A stretch of DNA of 32,000 nucleotides from NCBI RefSeq assembly GCF_000441555.1, contig NC_021885.1, positions 270,001 to 302,000 of the forward strand. Direction: 5' to 3'. The position numbers and the translations under genes are program-made. Origin of the DNA: Candidatus Profftella armatura. GTDB taxonomy: Bacteria; Pseudomonadota; Gammaproteobacteria; Burkholderiales; Burkholderiaceae. The notes beneath the pieces were generated by a model. The model searched no databases. It saw only the letters and a program-made list of their open reading frames with translations, and was not told the origin of the DNA. Shown here one piece after another: positions 22,660 through 32,000 of the stretch (position 1 is the first letter of the stretch; each line of letters starts with the position of its first letter).

Positions 22660-22803
22660 ATTTAATAAATTATAAAGTTGTTTTTTGATATAAATTATTT
22701 TAATATATTTTTTCGGTTATTCATATAGCGCTTAAAATAGCTATTTTATTAATATAAAATATGCTATTATATTTTAAAAATTTTAATTTTTTATGGATTC
22801 CTT

Positions 22804-23349
22804 ATGAAAACTATTGGTCAATCTTTATCTTCTTATCGAGTTATAGGAGTAAAACCGGGATTTAATTTACCCGAAGAAAATAATGTTTCCGCATTTAAGG
22901 TTATTACAGAATCTTCTTTCCCTGGTAAATGGAAGATTTTTTATTTTTATCCAAAAGATTTTACTTTTGTTTGTCCAACAGAAATTAGCGAATATAATAA
23001 ATTAGTCAAAGATTTTAATGAACGTAATGCTATTTTATTAGGCGGTTCAAGTGATAATGAATTCGTTAAATTAGCATGGCGTCGTGAAAACTCAAATCTT
23101 TATAAATTAAATCATTGGCAATTTTCAGATACTAATGGTTCTTTAATTGATCAATTAGGCATTCGTCATGAAACTGGAGTTGCATTACGCGCTACTTTTA
23201 TTTTTGATCCTCAAAATATAATTCAACATATTACAGTAAATAATTTAAATGTTGGTCGTAATCCAATAGAAACATTACGTATTTTAGATGCCATACAAAC
23301 TGGTAAACTTTGCGCTTGTAATAGAACTTTAAATGGTAAAACTTTGTAA
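22804..23349 (+). CDS. ahpC: Peroxiredoxin, AhpC of the AhpD-dependent (mycobacterial/Burkholderiales) type
   Basis: 181-aa ORF. The peroxidatic site is FYFYPKDFTFVCPTEI. GRNPIETLRILDAIQTGKLCACN parallels M. tuberculosis AhpC GRNVDEVLRVLDALQSDELCACNW. Confidence 0.87.
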   Translation: MKTIGQSLSSYRVIGVKPGFNLPEENNVSAFKVITESSFPGKWKIFYFYPKDFTFVCPTEISEYNKLVKDFNERNAILLGGSSDNEFVKLAWRRENSNLYKLNHWQFSDTNGSLIDQLGIRHETGVALRATFIFDPQNIIQHITVNNLNVGRNPIETLRILDAIQTGKLCACNRTLNGKTL

Positions 23350-23469
23350 ATAAAATATATTTTTTATATTTTTAGAGTTTATATAAAATTCATATAAAAT
23401 TTATTAATTACTTATAAGTATAGTAATTTTTTATATTATATATACACACATATATTCTACTGATTTTTT

Positions 23470-24236
23470 TTGTTTTTCAAGAAGGTTAAACTACATTTAT
23501 TTTAACTTTTGTAAAATATAGCTTTCAATATACCTGGTTTTAATTAGAAATAACCTTATTCAATTTAAAAATAGTACATATTACATATCTTTATTGAATA
23601 TCGAATAAATTAAGACCAGAAGAGACGTTAATGTTAACAGATGACAAAAATATTATTGATATCCAATTTGCTTTTCAATATAAAAATAATACAGCAAATT
23701 GGATATTTAATAATATTAATCAAAAAAAATAATTAGATAAGTTACTAAAACTGTAATTCTTTAAATTGTTGATCAAAATAAAACGAAATTATTTAGAAAG
23801 AATAAAAATTTCATTGGATGTCAATAAATTAATACAAAATATTTTAAATTATTACAATATGTCACTCAAAAATACAAGATGTTCAACCATAAAAAAGTGC
23901 ATATATATTTGTTGTTAATGACTAAAAAATAAAGGACAAACTCTCGTTTAATATAAGAATAAAAAATATATAAATTTCGTATAATAATAAATAACAAGGC
24001 ATAAAAATCATATTTTAAACAAAATATTTAATGAATATCCCAAATATCCAGAAATTACTAGAAATCGATATGTATCTTATCAAAATATTTTTGGCAATAC
24101 AACAAAAATTATATTGAATACTCATTATAAAAATAATTTTTACCAATTAAATGAAAATTTAAAATTAAATTCAATTCAAATGATAAATTTATTAATTTAT
24201 AAATTTAGTTATATAAATTATTTTATTACATCATAA
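23470..24236 (+). pseudogene. hflK: hflK pseudogene (SPFH/band-7 FtsH modulator), broken by stops, frameshifts and deletions
   Basis: Collinear fragments in shifting frames match E. coli HflK. At 23478-23522, QEG*TTFILTFVKYS aligns to ESERGVVTRFGKFS. At 23533-23550, PGFN*K aligns to PGLNWK, with TAG where TGG is expected. At 23598-23733, ISNKLRPEETLMLTDDKNIIDIQFAFQYKNNTANWIFNNINQKK* aligns to GVMLTSDENVVRVEMNVQYRVTNPEKYLYSV. At 23991-24236, HILNKIFNEYPKYPEITRNRYVSYQNIFGNTTKIILNT aligns to ARFAKLLPEYKAAPEITRERLYIETMEKVLGNTRKVLVND, ending at TAA 24234-24236. Boundaries are approximate. Confidence 0.75.
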
Positions 24237-24260
24237 AGAATATTTTTAATCAATAAATTC

Positions 24261-24650
24261 ATGAGAATATTGATCCTCATATATATTTTATTAATTTAGG
24301 AGATAAGGAACAAACACAAGATCTTTAATACAAATAGTGAAATTTAGTTCTATTCACTAGATAAGAAAAAAATTACCAAACGACGAACAATCCAAGAAGT
24401 AATTTCTAAATAACGTATAAATAACGAAATAAATACATTATAAATTAAAATGAAAAATTAGACTAAACAAATTTGTTGACAAATATATAATCTGAAATCG
24501 AGAATACATTTACAAATAAATTACGCTCTATTCTAGAGGATAAGAAAATAAGAAAAATAATTTTTATAAAAATGTAGATTTTATATCATATAGAATTTAC
24601 GAAAATTTTTTAATAAAAATTTAGAATTTTATAAATTTATCAAAGTTTTA
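24261..24650 (+). pseudogene. hflC: hflC pseudogene, heavily deleted (about 390 bp against about 1 kb expected)
   Basis: It starts 25 bp after the hflK remnant, the usual hflK-hflC arrangement. ATG 24261 opens MRILILIYILLI*, a TM-like N-terminus. ITKRRTIQEVISK* follows at 24372-24413. At 24501-24536, RIHLQINYALF* aligns to HflC RIKQINLP. At 24574-24624, VDFISYRIYENFLIKI* aligns to DFYAFIRSLRAYENSF. The fragments are collinear but short. Confidence 0.6.
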
Positions 24651-24679
24651 AATCATTTAGTTTTTATAAAAAATATTTT

Positions 24680-26803
24680 TTATTGAATTAATTTTGAAAG
24701 ATCAGCTATTACATTTAATAATTTATATAATTTTTTTAATAATATTAAACGATTAGTTTTTAATAATATATCTTGAGTAATTATTTTTATTTTTTTAAAG
24801 TATATATTAGTACTATCATATAATTTTATTAATAATTTTAATATTTCAAAAAATTCACCCTTAGAATATAAAATATCTACTTCTGGTTTAATTTTATTAA
24901 TAATTATATATAAATTTATTTCTTCTGGTTTTTTAAGTAATTCATATTTTATTTTTTTATTCTCAAAAAAAGAACTATCTATTTTTTTAAGTATATTATG
25001 TATACGTTTATTAATGAAAAGTATTTTTTTAGATTCCGGTAATAAAATAAATGAATGAATAGCAATAATTTTATCATGAATATTAGATATAATATCCGGT
25101 TTTTTTTCTATTATTGCTTGAATTTCATTAAATTTATAATTTTTATAATTTAATAAAGTAAATAATCTATCATAAATAAATTTTAATAATTCCTTTATTG
25201 GGTTATTAAAATTTATATTTTTTTTAAATATATTTATTGTGATATTTAATAATTCTAAAATTGATAATGGAAGATTCTTTTCAATAAGTATACGTAATAT
25301 ACCTATTGTGCAACGACGTAACGCAAATGGATCTTTATCACCAGTTGGTTTTAAACCAATTCCCCAAATTCCAACTAATATTTCTAATTTATCAGATAAA
25401 GCCAATATTATAGATATAATATTTTTAGGCAAAGTATCACCAGAAAAACATGGTTTATAATGTTCTTTTATAGATTTTATTATTTCTATAGATTCTCCAT
25501 CATTATATGCATAATAACTACCTATAACTCCTTGTAATTCTGGAAATTCTATAACCATACTAGTTAATAGATCAGATTTTGATAAAAATGCCGCACGTTC
25601 TACAAGTTTTGAATCTTCATTAAGTAAATTTGCTATCTTTATAGATATTTTACAAATACGTAAAGTACGTTCAAATTGATTTCCTAATTTATTATGGTAA
25701 ATAACATCTTTTAAAAAAGGAACTCTATCAATTAATTTTTTTTTTTTATCTTGTTCGTAAAAAAAATTAGCATCTAATAAACGAGAATGAAGTACTTGTT
25801 CATTTCCTTTGATAATAAAATATGGATTATTAGTTTCTAAATTAGAAACTATTAAAAATTTAGAACATAAATTATTATTAGAATCTTTTAATGCAAAATA
25901 TTTTTGATATTTTTGCATTATTAAAATTAAACATTCTTTTGGTATAGCTAAAAATGATTTATCAAATTTACACATATAAATTATTGGCCATTCTACTAAG
26001 GCCGTTACTTCATCTAATAATATTTCTGGCATCAATATTTTATATTTTCCAGCTGCTTTCAATAATAAATTTCTAATATATTTTTTACGATATTGAAAAT
26101 TTGCAATAACTTTACCATCCCTATCAAGAATATCTGAATATTGTTCGGCAAAATTAATTTTAATATTTTTTTTTGATAAAAATCGATGACCTAATGTTTG
26201 ATTACCAGAATTAAGTCCGAATAAATTTATTTTTATAATATCGTCGCCATGTAATACAAGTAATTTACGTACAGGTCTTATAAAACAAAATATTTTTTGA
26301 GTATTATTTATATAATTAAAATTTTGATAATTCATTGCTATAGGTATTTGTAATTTAGATATAGCTTTTTCTAAAATTTTTTGAAGAGATATTTTTAGTA
26401 AAACACCTTTTATAATATGATTATAAAAAAAAAATTCTACTTTTTTTTCTATATTTTTTTCTAATTGATTAAATTTAATTAATTTTATTCCAATTATTTT
26501 AGATAAATTATATAATTTTTTTTTTAATAAATCAGTTGGAGATTTAGATACATTATCTAAAGCTAATGAAACTGGAAGAATTTTTTTTCGAATTATTTTG
26601 TTATTAGAAATAGAACATACATTAGTTATACTAACAGCTAATCTTCTTGGAGTAGCATAAGAAGTTGCAAAAGAATTTTTTTCTAAAAAATTATTTTTTT
26701 TTAAGATTTCATAAAGAATATTAGAAAATTCATTAGAAATTTTATTAAGTATTTTCGATGGTAATTCTTCTGTTAAAAATTCAATTAGCAATGTTTTATT
26801 CAT
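24680..26803 (-). CDS. glyS: Glycyl-tRNA synthetase beta subunit
   Basis: 707-aa ORF directly downstream of glyQ. LLIEFLTEELPSK, TPRRLAV and DPFALRR are conserved GlyS motifs. Confidence 0.94.
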   Translation of the reverse strand: MNKTLLIEFLTEELPSKILNKISNEFSNILYEILKKNNFLEKNSFATSYATPRRLAVSITNVCSISNNKIIRKKILPVSLALDNVSKSPTDLLKKKLYNLSKIIGIKLIKFNQLEKNIEKKVEFFFYNHIIKGVLLKISLQKILEKAISKLQIPIAMNYQNFNYINNTQKIFCFIRPVRKLLVLHGDDIIKINLFGLNSGNQTLGHRFLSKKNIKINFAEQYSDILDRDGKVIANFQYRKKYIRNLLLKAAGKYKILMPEILLDEVTALVEWPIIYMCKFDKSFLAIPKECLILIMQKYQKYFALKDSNNNLCSKFLIVSNLETNNPYFIIKGNEQVLHSRLLDANFFYEQDKKKKLIDRVPFLKDVIYHNKLGNQFERTLRICKISIKIANLLNEDSKLVERAAFLSKSDLLTSMVIEFPELQGVIGSYYAYNDGESIEIIKSIKEHYKPCFSGDTLPKNIISIILALSDKLEILVGIWGIGLKPTGDKDPFALRRCTIGILRILIEKNLPLSILELLNITINIFKKNINFNNPIKELLKFIYDRLFTLLNYKNYKFNEIQAIIEKKPDIISNIHDKIIAIHSFILLPESKKILFINKRIHNILKKIDSSFFENKKIKYELLKKPEEINLYIIINKIKPEVDILYSKGEFFEILKLLIKLYDSTNIYFKKIKIITQDILLKTNRLILLKKLYKLLNVIADLSKLIQ

Positions 26804-26860
26804 ATTTATTTTTTATTATATTTTTATAAAAATAAGAATTATAAGTTTATTAAAAATTTA

Positions 26861-27766
26861 TTATTTCTTTAACAATGGAAAACCAAGTTTTTTGCGTGTT
26901 TTATAATAAATTTTTGCTATTTTACAAGATAAAGTACGTATTCTTTTTATATAAGAAGCTCTTTCTGTAACAGAAATAATACCTCTAGCATCTAATAAAT
27001 TAAAAGTATGCGTTGCTTTTAGCAACATTTCATATGCAGGTAATATTAATAAAAGTTTTAATAATCTTTTGGTTTCGGATTCATAATTATTAAACGTTAA
27101 CAATAAAAAATTAGTATTTGAATATTCAAAATTATAATATGATTGTTCAAGTTCATTTTGATAAAAGATATCTTTATAAGTTAAATGAGTATTTTTTTTT
27201 CCAAGATTATTTGTAATATTTTTTGCCCATATTAAATCAAAAACATTTTCTACTCCTTGTAAATGCACCGCCAATCGCTCAATACCATATGTAATTTCAC
27301 CTAAAATAGGTTGACAATTAAGTCCACCAATTTGTTGAAAATAAGTAAGTTGAGTAATTTCCATCCCATTTAACCAAATTTCCCAACCTACCCCCCATGC
27401 TCCAAGAGTAGGATTTTTCCAATTATCTTCAACAAAACGAATATCATTTTGTTTCAAATTTAATCCAAGAGAAATTAAAGAATAAAGATAAAGATCAATT
27501 ATATTTTCTGGTGCTGGTTTTAATATTACTTGATATTGATAATAATGTTGAATGCGATTGGAATTTTTTCCATAACGACTATCTTTAGGGCGTCGAGATG
27601 GTTGTATATAAGAGACATTCCATGGTTCAGGTCCAATAGCTCTTAAAAAAGTTGCTGTATGTGAAGTTCCAGCTCCAACCTCGATATCATATGGTTGCAG
27701 TAATGCGCAACCATTAGAAGCCCAATAATTTTGTAAATTTAAAATAATTTGTTGAAATGTGAGCAT
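26861..27766 (-). CDS. glyQ: Glycyl-tRNA synthetase alpha subunit
   Basis: 301-aa [52 protein letters not shown] is near-identical in pattern to proteobacterial GlyQ. Confidence 0.97.
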   Translation of the reverse strand: MLTFQQIILNLQNYWASNGCALLQPYDIEVGAGTSHTATFLRAIGPEPWNVSYIQPSRRPKDSRYGKNSNRIQHYYQYQVILKPAPENIIDLYLYSLISLGLNLKQNDIRFVEDNWKNPTLGAWGVGWEIWLNGMEITQLTYFQQIGGLNCQPILGEITYGIERLAVHLQGVENVFDLIWAKNITNNLGKKNTHLTYKDIFYQNELEQSYYNFEYSNTNFLLLTFNNYESETKRLLKLLLILPAYEMLLKATHTFNLLDARGIISVTERASYIKRIRTLSCKIAKIYYKTRKKLGFPLLKK

Positions 27767-27846
27767 TTTTACATACTTTAATTAATTTTGGATTCAAAAT
27801 TTTTAAAAACTATATTTTAAAAATTAATTTTTACTTATTATATAAA

Positions 27847-28713
27847 TTATGTATAAGGAGTAAAAATTCTTTCAGCTAAAACAACATGTACTTTACGTTC
27901 ATCAGCTGAAATTATAGTAAATAAAATACCATCTTGTTCAATTTTATCCCCCTTAATCGGGACTCTTCGTAAATTATTAGCAATAAAACCACCTATAGTA
28001 TTTGCATTTGTATTAGGTAACATTGTTCCGAGTACTTCATTACAATGTGAAATTTCAGTTAATCCTTTAATTCTCCAACAAGGACCTCGTTCACTATCTT
28101 TAACGGGAAGTATATCATCTTTATCTTTGTTTGTATCATATTCATCCTCAATATCTCCAACAATTTGTTCAAGAACATCTTCAATTGTAATAAGACCAGA
28201 TACACCACCGTATTCATCTATAACAATTGCCATATGATTATGATTAGAACGAAAATCACGTAATAATACATTTAAACGTTTTGTTTCTGGAATAAAAATA
28301 GCTGGACGTATTGTTTTTCTTAAATCAAATGATTCATTAGCATAATAGCGTAATAAATCTTTTGCCAATAATATACCAATAACTTTATCTAGATCATTTT
28401 CAATTACTGGAAAACGTGAATGAGCAGTATTAAGAACATTTTGAATCCAACTCTTAATTGGTTTATTGATATTAATAATATCCATTTGTGATCGAGGTAT
28501 CATGATTTTACGAACCGATAGATCTAATACTTTAAAAACACCTTTAATCATCGATAATGTATCAAAATCAATTAAATTACGAACATAAGCATCTTGTAAT
28601 ACATTAAGTAATTCTGTACGATTTTCTGGTTCGGAAGATATAAAAGATGTTAATCGTTCAAATAATGAGCGATTAGATTTATTAAAATTAGAATTATTTA
28701 AAAATTCTTGCAT
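27847..28713 (-). CDS. corC: CorC/YbeX-family Mg/Co efflux-associated protein (CBS pair plus CorC_HlyC domain)
   Basis: 288-aa ORF. VRKIMIPRSQM, FPVIENDLDKVIGILLAKDLL and MAIVIDEYGGVSGLITIEDVLEQIVGDIEDEYD are typical. It lies downstream of ybeY as in the E. coli ybeZYX cluster. Confidence 0.88.
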   Translation of the reverse strand: MQEFLNNSNFNKSNRSLFERLTSFISSEPENRTELLNVLQDAYVRNLIDFDTLSMIKGVFKVLDLSVRKIMIPRSQMDIININKPIKSWIQNVLNTAHSRFPVIENDLDKVIGILLAKDLLRYYANESFDLRKTIRPAIFIPETKRLNVLLRDFRSNHNHMAIVIDEYGGVSGLITIEDVLEQIVGDIEDEYDTNKDKDDILPVKDSERGPCWRIKGLTEISHCNEVLGTMLPNTNANTIGGFIANNLRRVPIKGDKIEQDGILFTIISADERKVHVVLAERIFTPYT

Positions 28714-28773
28714 ATTGATTTAAATTAAAAAATGGATTTTATATAAAAATAGAAAAATTATTTTTTTATAGAA

Positions 28774-29235
28774 TTAGTGATTATTGTATGGATTCGATAT
28801 ATTTAATATTTTTAATAACCTAATTTCATTTTTTTTCATTTTATTTGCTTCAATAGTTGTTTTATGACAATAACCCTGAGCGTGCAATATTCCATGTATA
28901 ATTAAATGAGCCACATGTTCTTCAATTATTTTTTTATATTTTTTTACTTCAAATTGAAGCACATCCACACAAAGCACAATATCTGCGTGTATTGGTTTAT
29001 TTTTTTTTGAATATACAAAAGTTAATATATTTGTAGCATATTTTTTTTTTCGATAATTATAATTTAATTTTTGTCCTTCAATAATATCAACAAATCTAAT
29101 AGTTAATATAGCTGAAGAACATAAAGCCACTTTTACCCAATATTTAAGTAATGCATATGGAAAAAATTTTTTTAGACGAGAATCTTCATATTGTACAAAT
29201 AATAATAATGATTTTTTATGGTTACTTAATAACAT
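28774..29235 (-). CDS. ybeY: Endoribonuclease YbeY (16S rRNA maturation)
   Basis: 153-aa ORF with the zinc-binding motif HLIIHGILHAQGYCH (HxxxHxxxxxxH) and a conserved position between miaB and corC. Confidence 0.9.
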   Translation of the reverse strand: MLLSNHKKSLLLFVQYEDSRLKKFFPYALLKYWVKVALCSSAILTIRFVDIIEGQKLNYNYRKKKYATNILTFVYSKKNKPIHADIVLCVDVLQFEVKKYKKIIEEHVAHLIIHGILHAQGYCHKTTIEANKMKKNEIRLLKILNISNPYNNH

Positions 29236-29259
29236 AATTTAAATTAAAGTTTTATAAAT

Positions 29260-30603
29260 TTATATAATTTTTGCTTTTAATGAATTTGAGCAAATTTTTA
29301 AAATTTTAACATCAATTAATTTACCAATTAAATTAAGATTATTTGATCCGATATTAAAATTCACAATACGATTGTTTTCAGTTCGACCTTGCATTTCAAA
29401 AATATTTTTTTTAGATCTAGATTCGACTAAAATTTTTTGTGTACTACCAATCATTTTAAAATTAATTTTATTTACATTTTTTTTTATTATTTCTTGTAAA
29501 TATTTTAAACGTTTTAATTTTATTTCATGAGATACATTATCTATTAAATTTGCAGCTGGAGTTCCTGGTCTTGGACTAAAAATAAAACTAAAACTTTTAT
29601 CATATCCGATATTTTTTACTAATTTAATTAATTCATTAAAATCTTCATCAGTTTCCCCTGGAAACCCAACAATAAAATCGCTAGAAATAGAAATATCTGG
29701 TCGTATTTCACGTAAATTTTTTAATATTAATTTATATTCATTAATAGTATAACCTCTTTTCATTTTTGATAAAATTCTATCTGAACCATGTTGTGCTGGT
29801 AAATATAAATGATTAACTAATTTTGATGTTTTGGAGTAAGTATCGATTAAACGTTGAGTAAATTCTTTTGGATGACTAGTAATAAAACGAATACGTTTTA
29901 TATCAGAAATATTTGCAATATATTCAATTAATAAAGGAAAATCTATGATTTGAGTAAATCCATTATTATCAATTATTGTATCTTTATAAGCATTTACATT
30001 TTGCCCAAGTAATGTAATTTCTTTTACTCCCTGTGAAATAAGTTCATATATTTCGTTTATTATACTATTAAATTTTCTAGAAACTTCTTCGCCTCTAGTG
30101 TAAGGAATTATACAATAACTACAGTATTTGCTGCAACCTTCTATAATAGATACAAAAGCAGTAATTCCATTAATTTTAGCTGGAGGCATATAGTCAAATT
30201 TTTCAATTTCTGGAAAATTAATATCAATTTGTGTTTTACCACTAATTTTACGTTTATAGATCATTTGAGGTAATCTATGTAAAGTTTTTGGTCCAAATAT
30301 TATATCAACATATGGTGCTCTTTTTAAAATAGCTTGACCTTCTTGCGATGCAACACATCCACCAACACCAATCAATAAATTAGGTTTTTTTAATTTCAGT
30401 TTATATAATCTACCTAAGTTAGAAAAAATTTTTTCTTGAGCTTTAATACGTACAGAGCATGTATTAAGCAAAATAATGTCAGCTTCTTCTGGATCATTAG
30501 TTTTAATAATATTATTCGAATAGTTTAATATGTCAAAAATTTTATTTGAATCATATTCATTCATTTGACATCCAAAAGTTTTAATAAATAATTTTTTTTG
30601 CAT
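29260..30603 (-). CDS. miaB: tRNA-i6A37 methylthiotransferase (radical SAM)
   Basis: 447-aa ORF with N-terminal [14 protein letters not shown], the radical-SAM cluster CSKYCSYC and a C-terminal TRAM-like region. Confidence 0.94.
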   Translation of the reverse strand: MQKKLFIKTFGCQMNEYDSNKIFDILNYSNNIIKTNDPEEADIILLNTCSVRIKAQEKIFSNLGRLYKLKLKKPNLLIGVGGCVASQEGQAILKRAPYVDIIFGPKTLHRLPQMIYKRKISGKTQIDINFPEIEKFDYMPPAKINGITAFVSIIEGCSKYCSYCIIPYTRGEEVSRKFNSIINEIYELISQGVKEITLLGQNVNAYKDTIIDNNGFTQIIDFPLLIEYIANISDIKRIRFITSHPKEFTQRLIDTYSKTSKLVNHLYLPAQHGSDRILSKMKRGYTINEYKLILKNLREIRPDISISSDFIVGFPGETDEDFNELIKLVKNIGYDKSFSFIFSPRPGTPAANLIDNVSHEIKLKRLKYLQEIIKKNVNKINFKMIGSTQKILVESRSKKNIFEMQGRTENNRIVNFNIGSNNLNLIGKLIDVKILKICSNSLKAKII

Positions 30604-30750
30604 AATACTTTTATAAATTTATTTTTATAGTAATTTTTTTCGATATTTTATATGAAATTATACGAATAATAAAATAACAAAATATAATAAAAATAATATT
30701 ATTTTTATTAAATTTTATATATTTAATTTTTATTAAATAAATAAATAATT

Positions 30751-31896
<1,146 letters not shown>

Positions 31897-32000
31897 TTAA
31901 AAAATATTTTATATATCCTGTATATTAATATGCAATATTCGAAAAATTACGATATTGTAAAGTAATTTAATTCAGTAAAAAAATTAAGAATAAAATATAA

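Noticed and set aside
22725-22767. OxyR-like ATAG/CTAT elements upstream of ahpC (ATAG at 22725 and 22737; CTAT at 22741 and 22764)
   Set aside because: The spacing does not fit the ATAG-N7-CTAT-N7-ATAG-N7-CTAT architecture. Such tetramers are expected by chance in A/T-rich DNA, and I cannot confirm that an oxyR gene exists.
23350-24679. ORF-free 1.3 kb as a novel non-coding RNA, mobile-element scar or unannotated small-protein system
   Set aside because: I saw no terminal inverted or direct repeats, no transposase or integrase fragments and no GC-rich structured core. The collinear HflK and HflC fragments account for essentially the whole interval. I cannot exclude small transcripts arising from the decaying DNA.
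25239-25460. 73-aa + strand ORF
   Set aside because: It is antisense within glyS, with no independent support.
30685-30710. 26-bp perfect palindrome taataaaaataat/attatttttatta in the tgt-miaB spacer
   Set aside because: It is composed only of A/T. With essentially two-letter composition, a 13-bp arm match is expected about once per several kb of spacer. It has no loop and would form a very weak structure. The same reasoning applies to ttataaataa/ttatttataa at 12151-12183.

Overview
Very AT-rich, tightly packed bacterial DNA (A+T judged by eye, not computed). Spacers are mostly 20-250 bp, most genes are on the minus strand, and the standard genetic code applies. It looks like the reduced genome of an obligate endosymbiont. 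The gene set (gatCAB, a mycobacterial/Burkholderiales-type AhpC, Bordetella-like DnaK) suggests a betaproteobacterial, Burkholderiales-derived lineage; this is inference and no database search was possible. Everything recognisable is core housekeeping: atpBEFHAGD (atpD cut by the left edge), gatCAB, rsmI, tRNA-Leu(UAG), trpS, grpE-dnaK-dnaJ, ftsY, holA, leuS, lipA-lipB, ahpC, glyQ-glyS, corC, ybeY, miaB and tgt. I found no mobile elements, CRISPR array, defence, toxin or secondary-metabolite genes, and no convincing novel system. The only long ORF-free stretch (23350-24679, about 1.3 kb) is best explained by collinear, stop- and frameshift-riddled remnants of hflK-hflC, i.e. gene decay in progress. 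Other points worth a second look: a perfect 27-bp x 5.5 in-frame tandem repeat inside grpE; a GC-rich sigma32-like promoter upstream of grpE; gene junctions implying loss of lptE, ybeZ/phoH and lnt; an AhpD-type AhpC with no adjacent ahpD; structured hairpins in two spacers; and many 10-12 nt poly(A/T) tracts inside intact essential genes. All protein comparisons were made by eye against remembered E. coli/Bordetella/M. tuberculosis sequences, so pseudogene boundaries are approximate.
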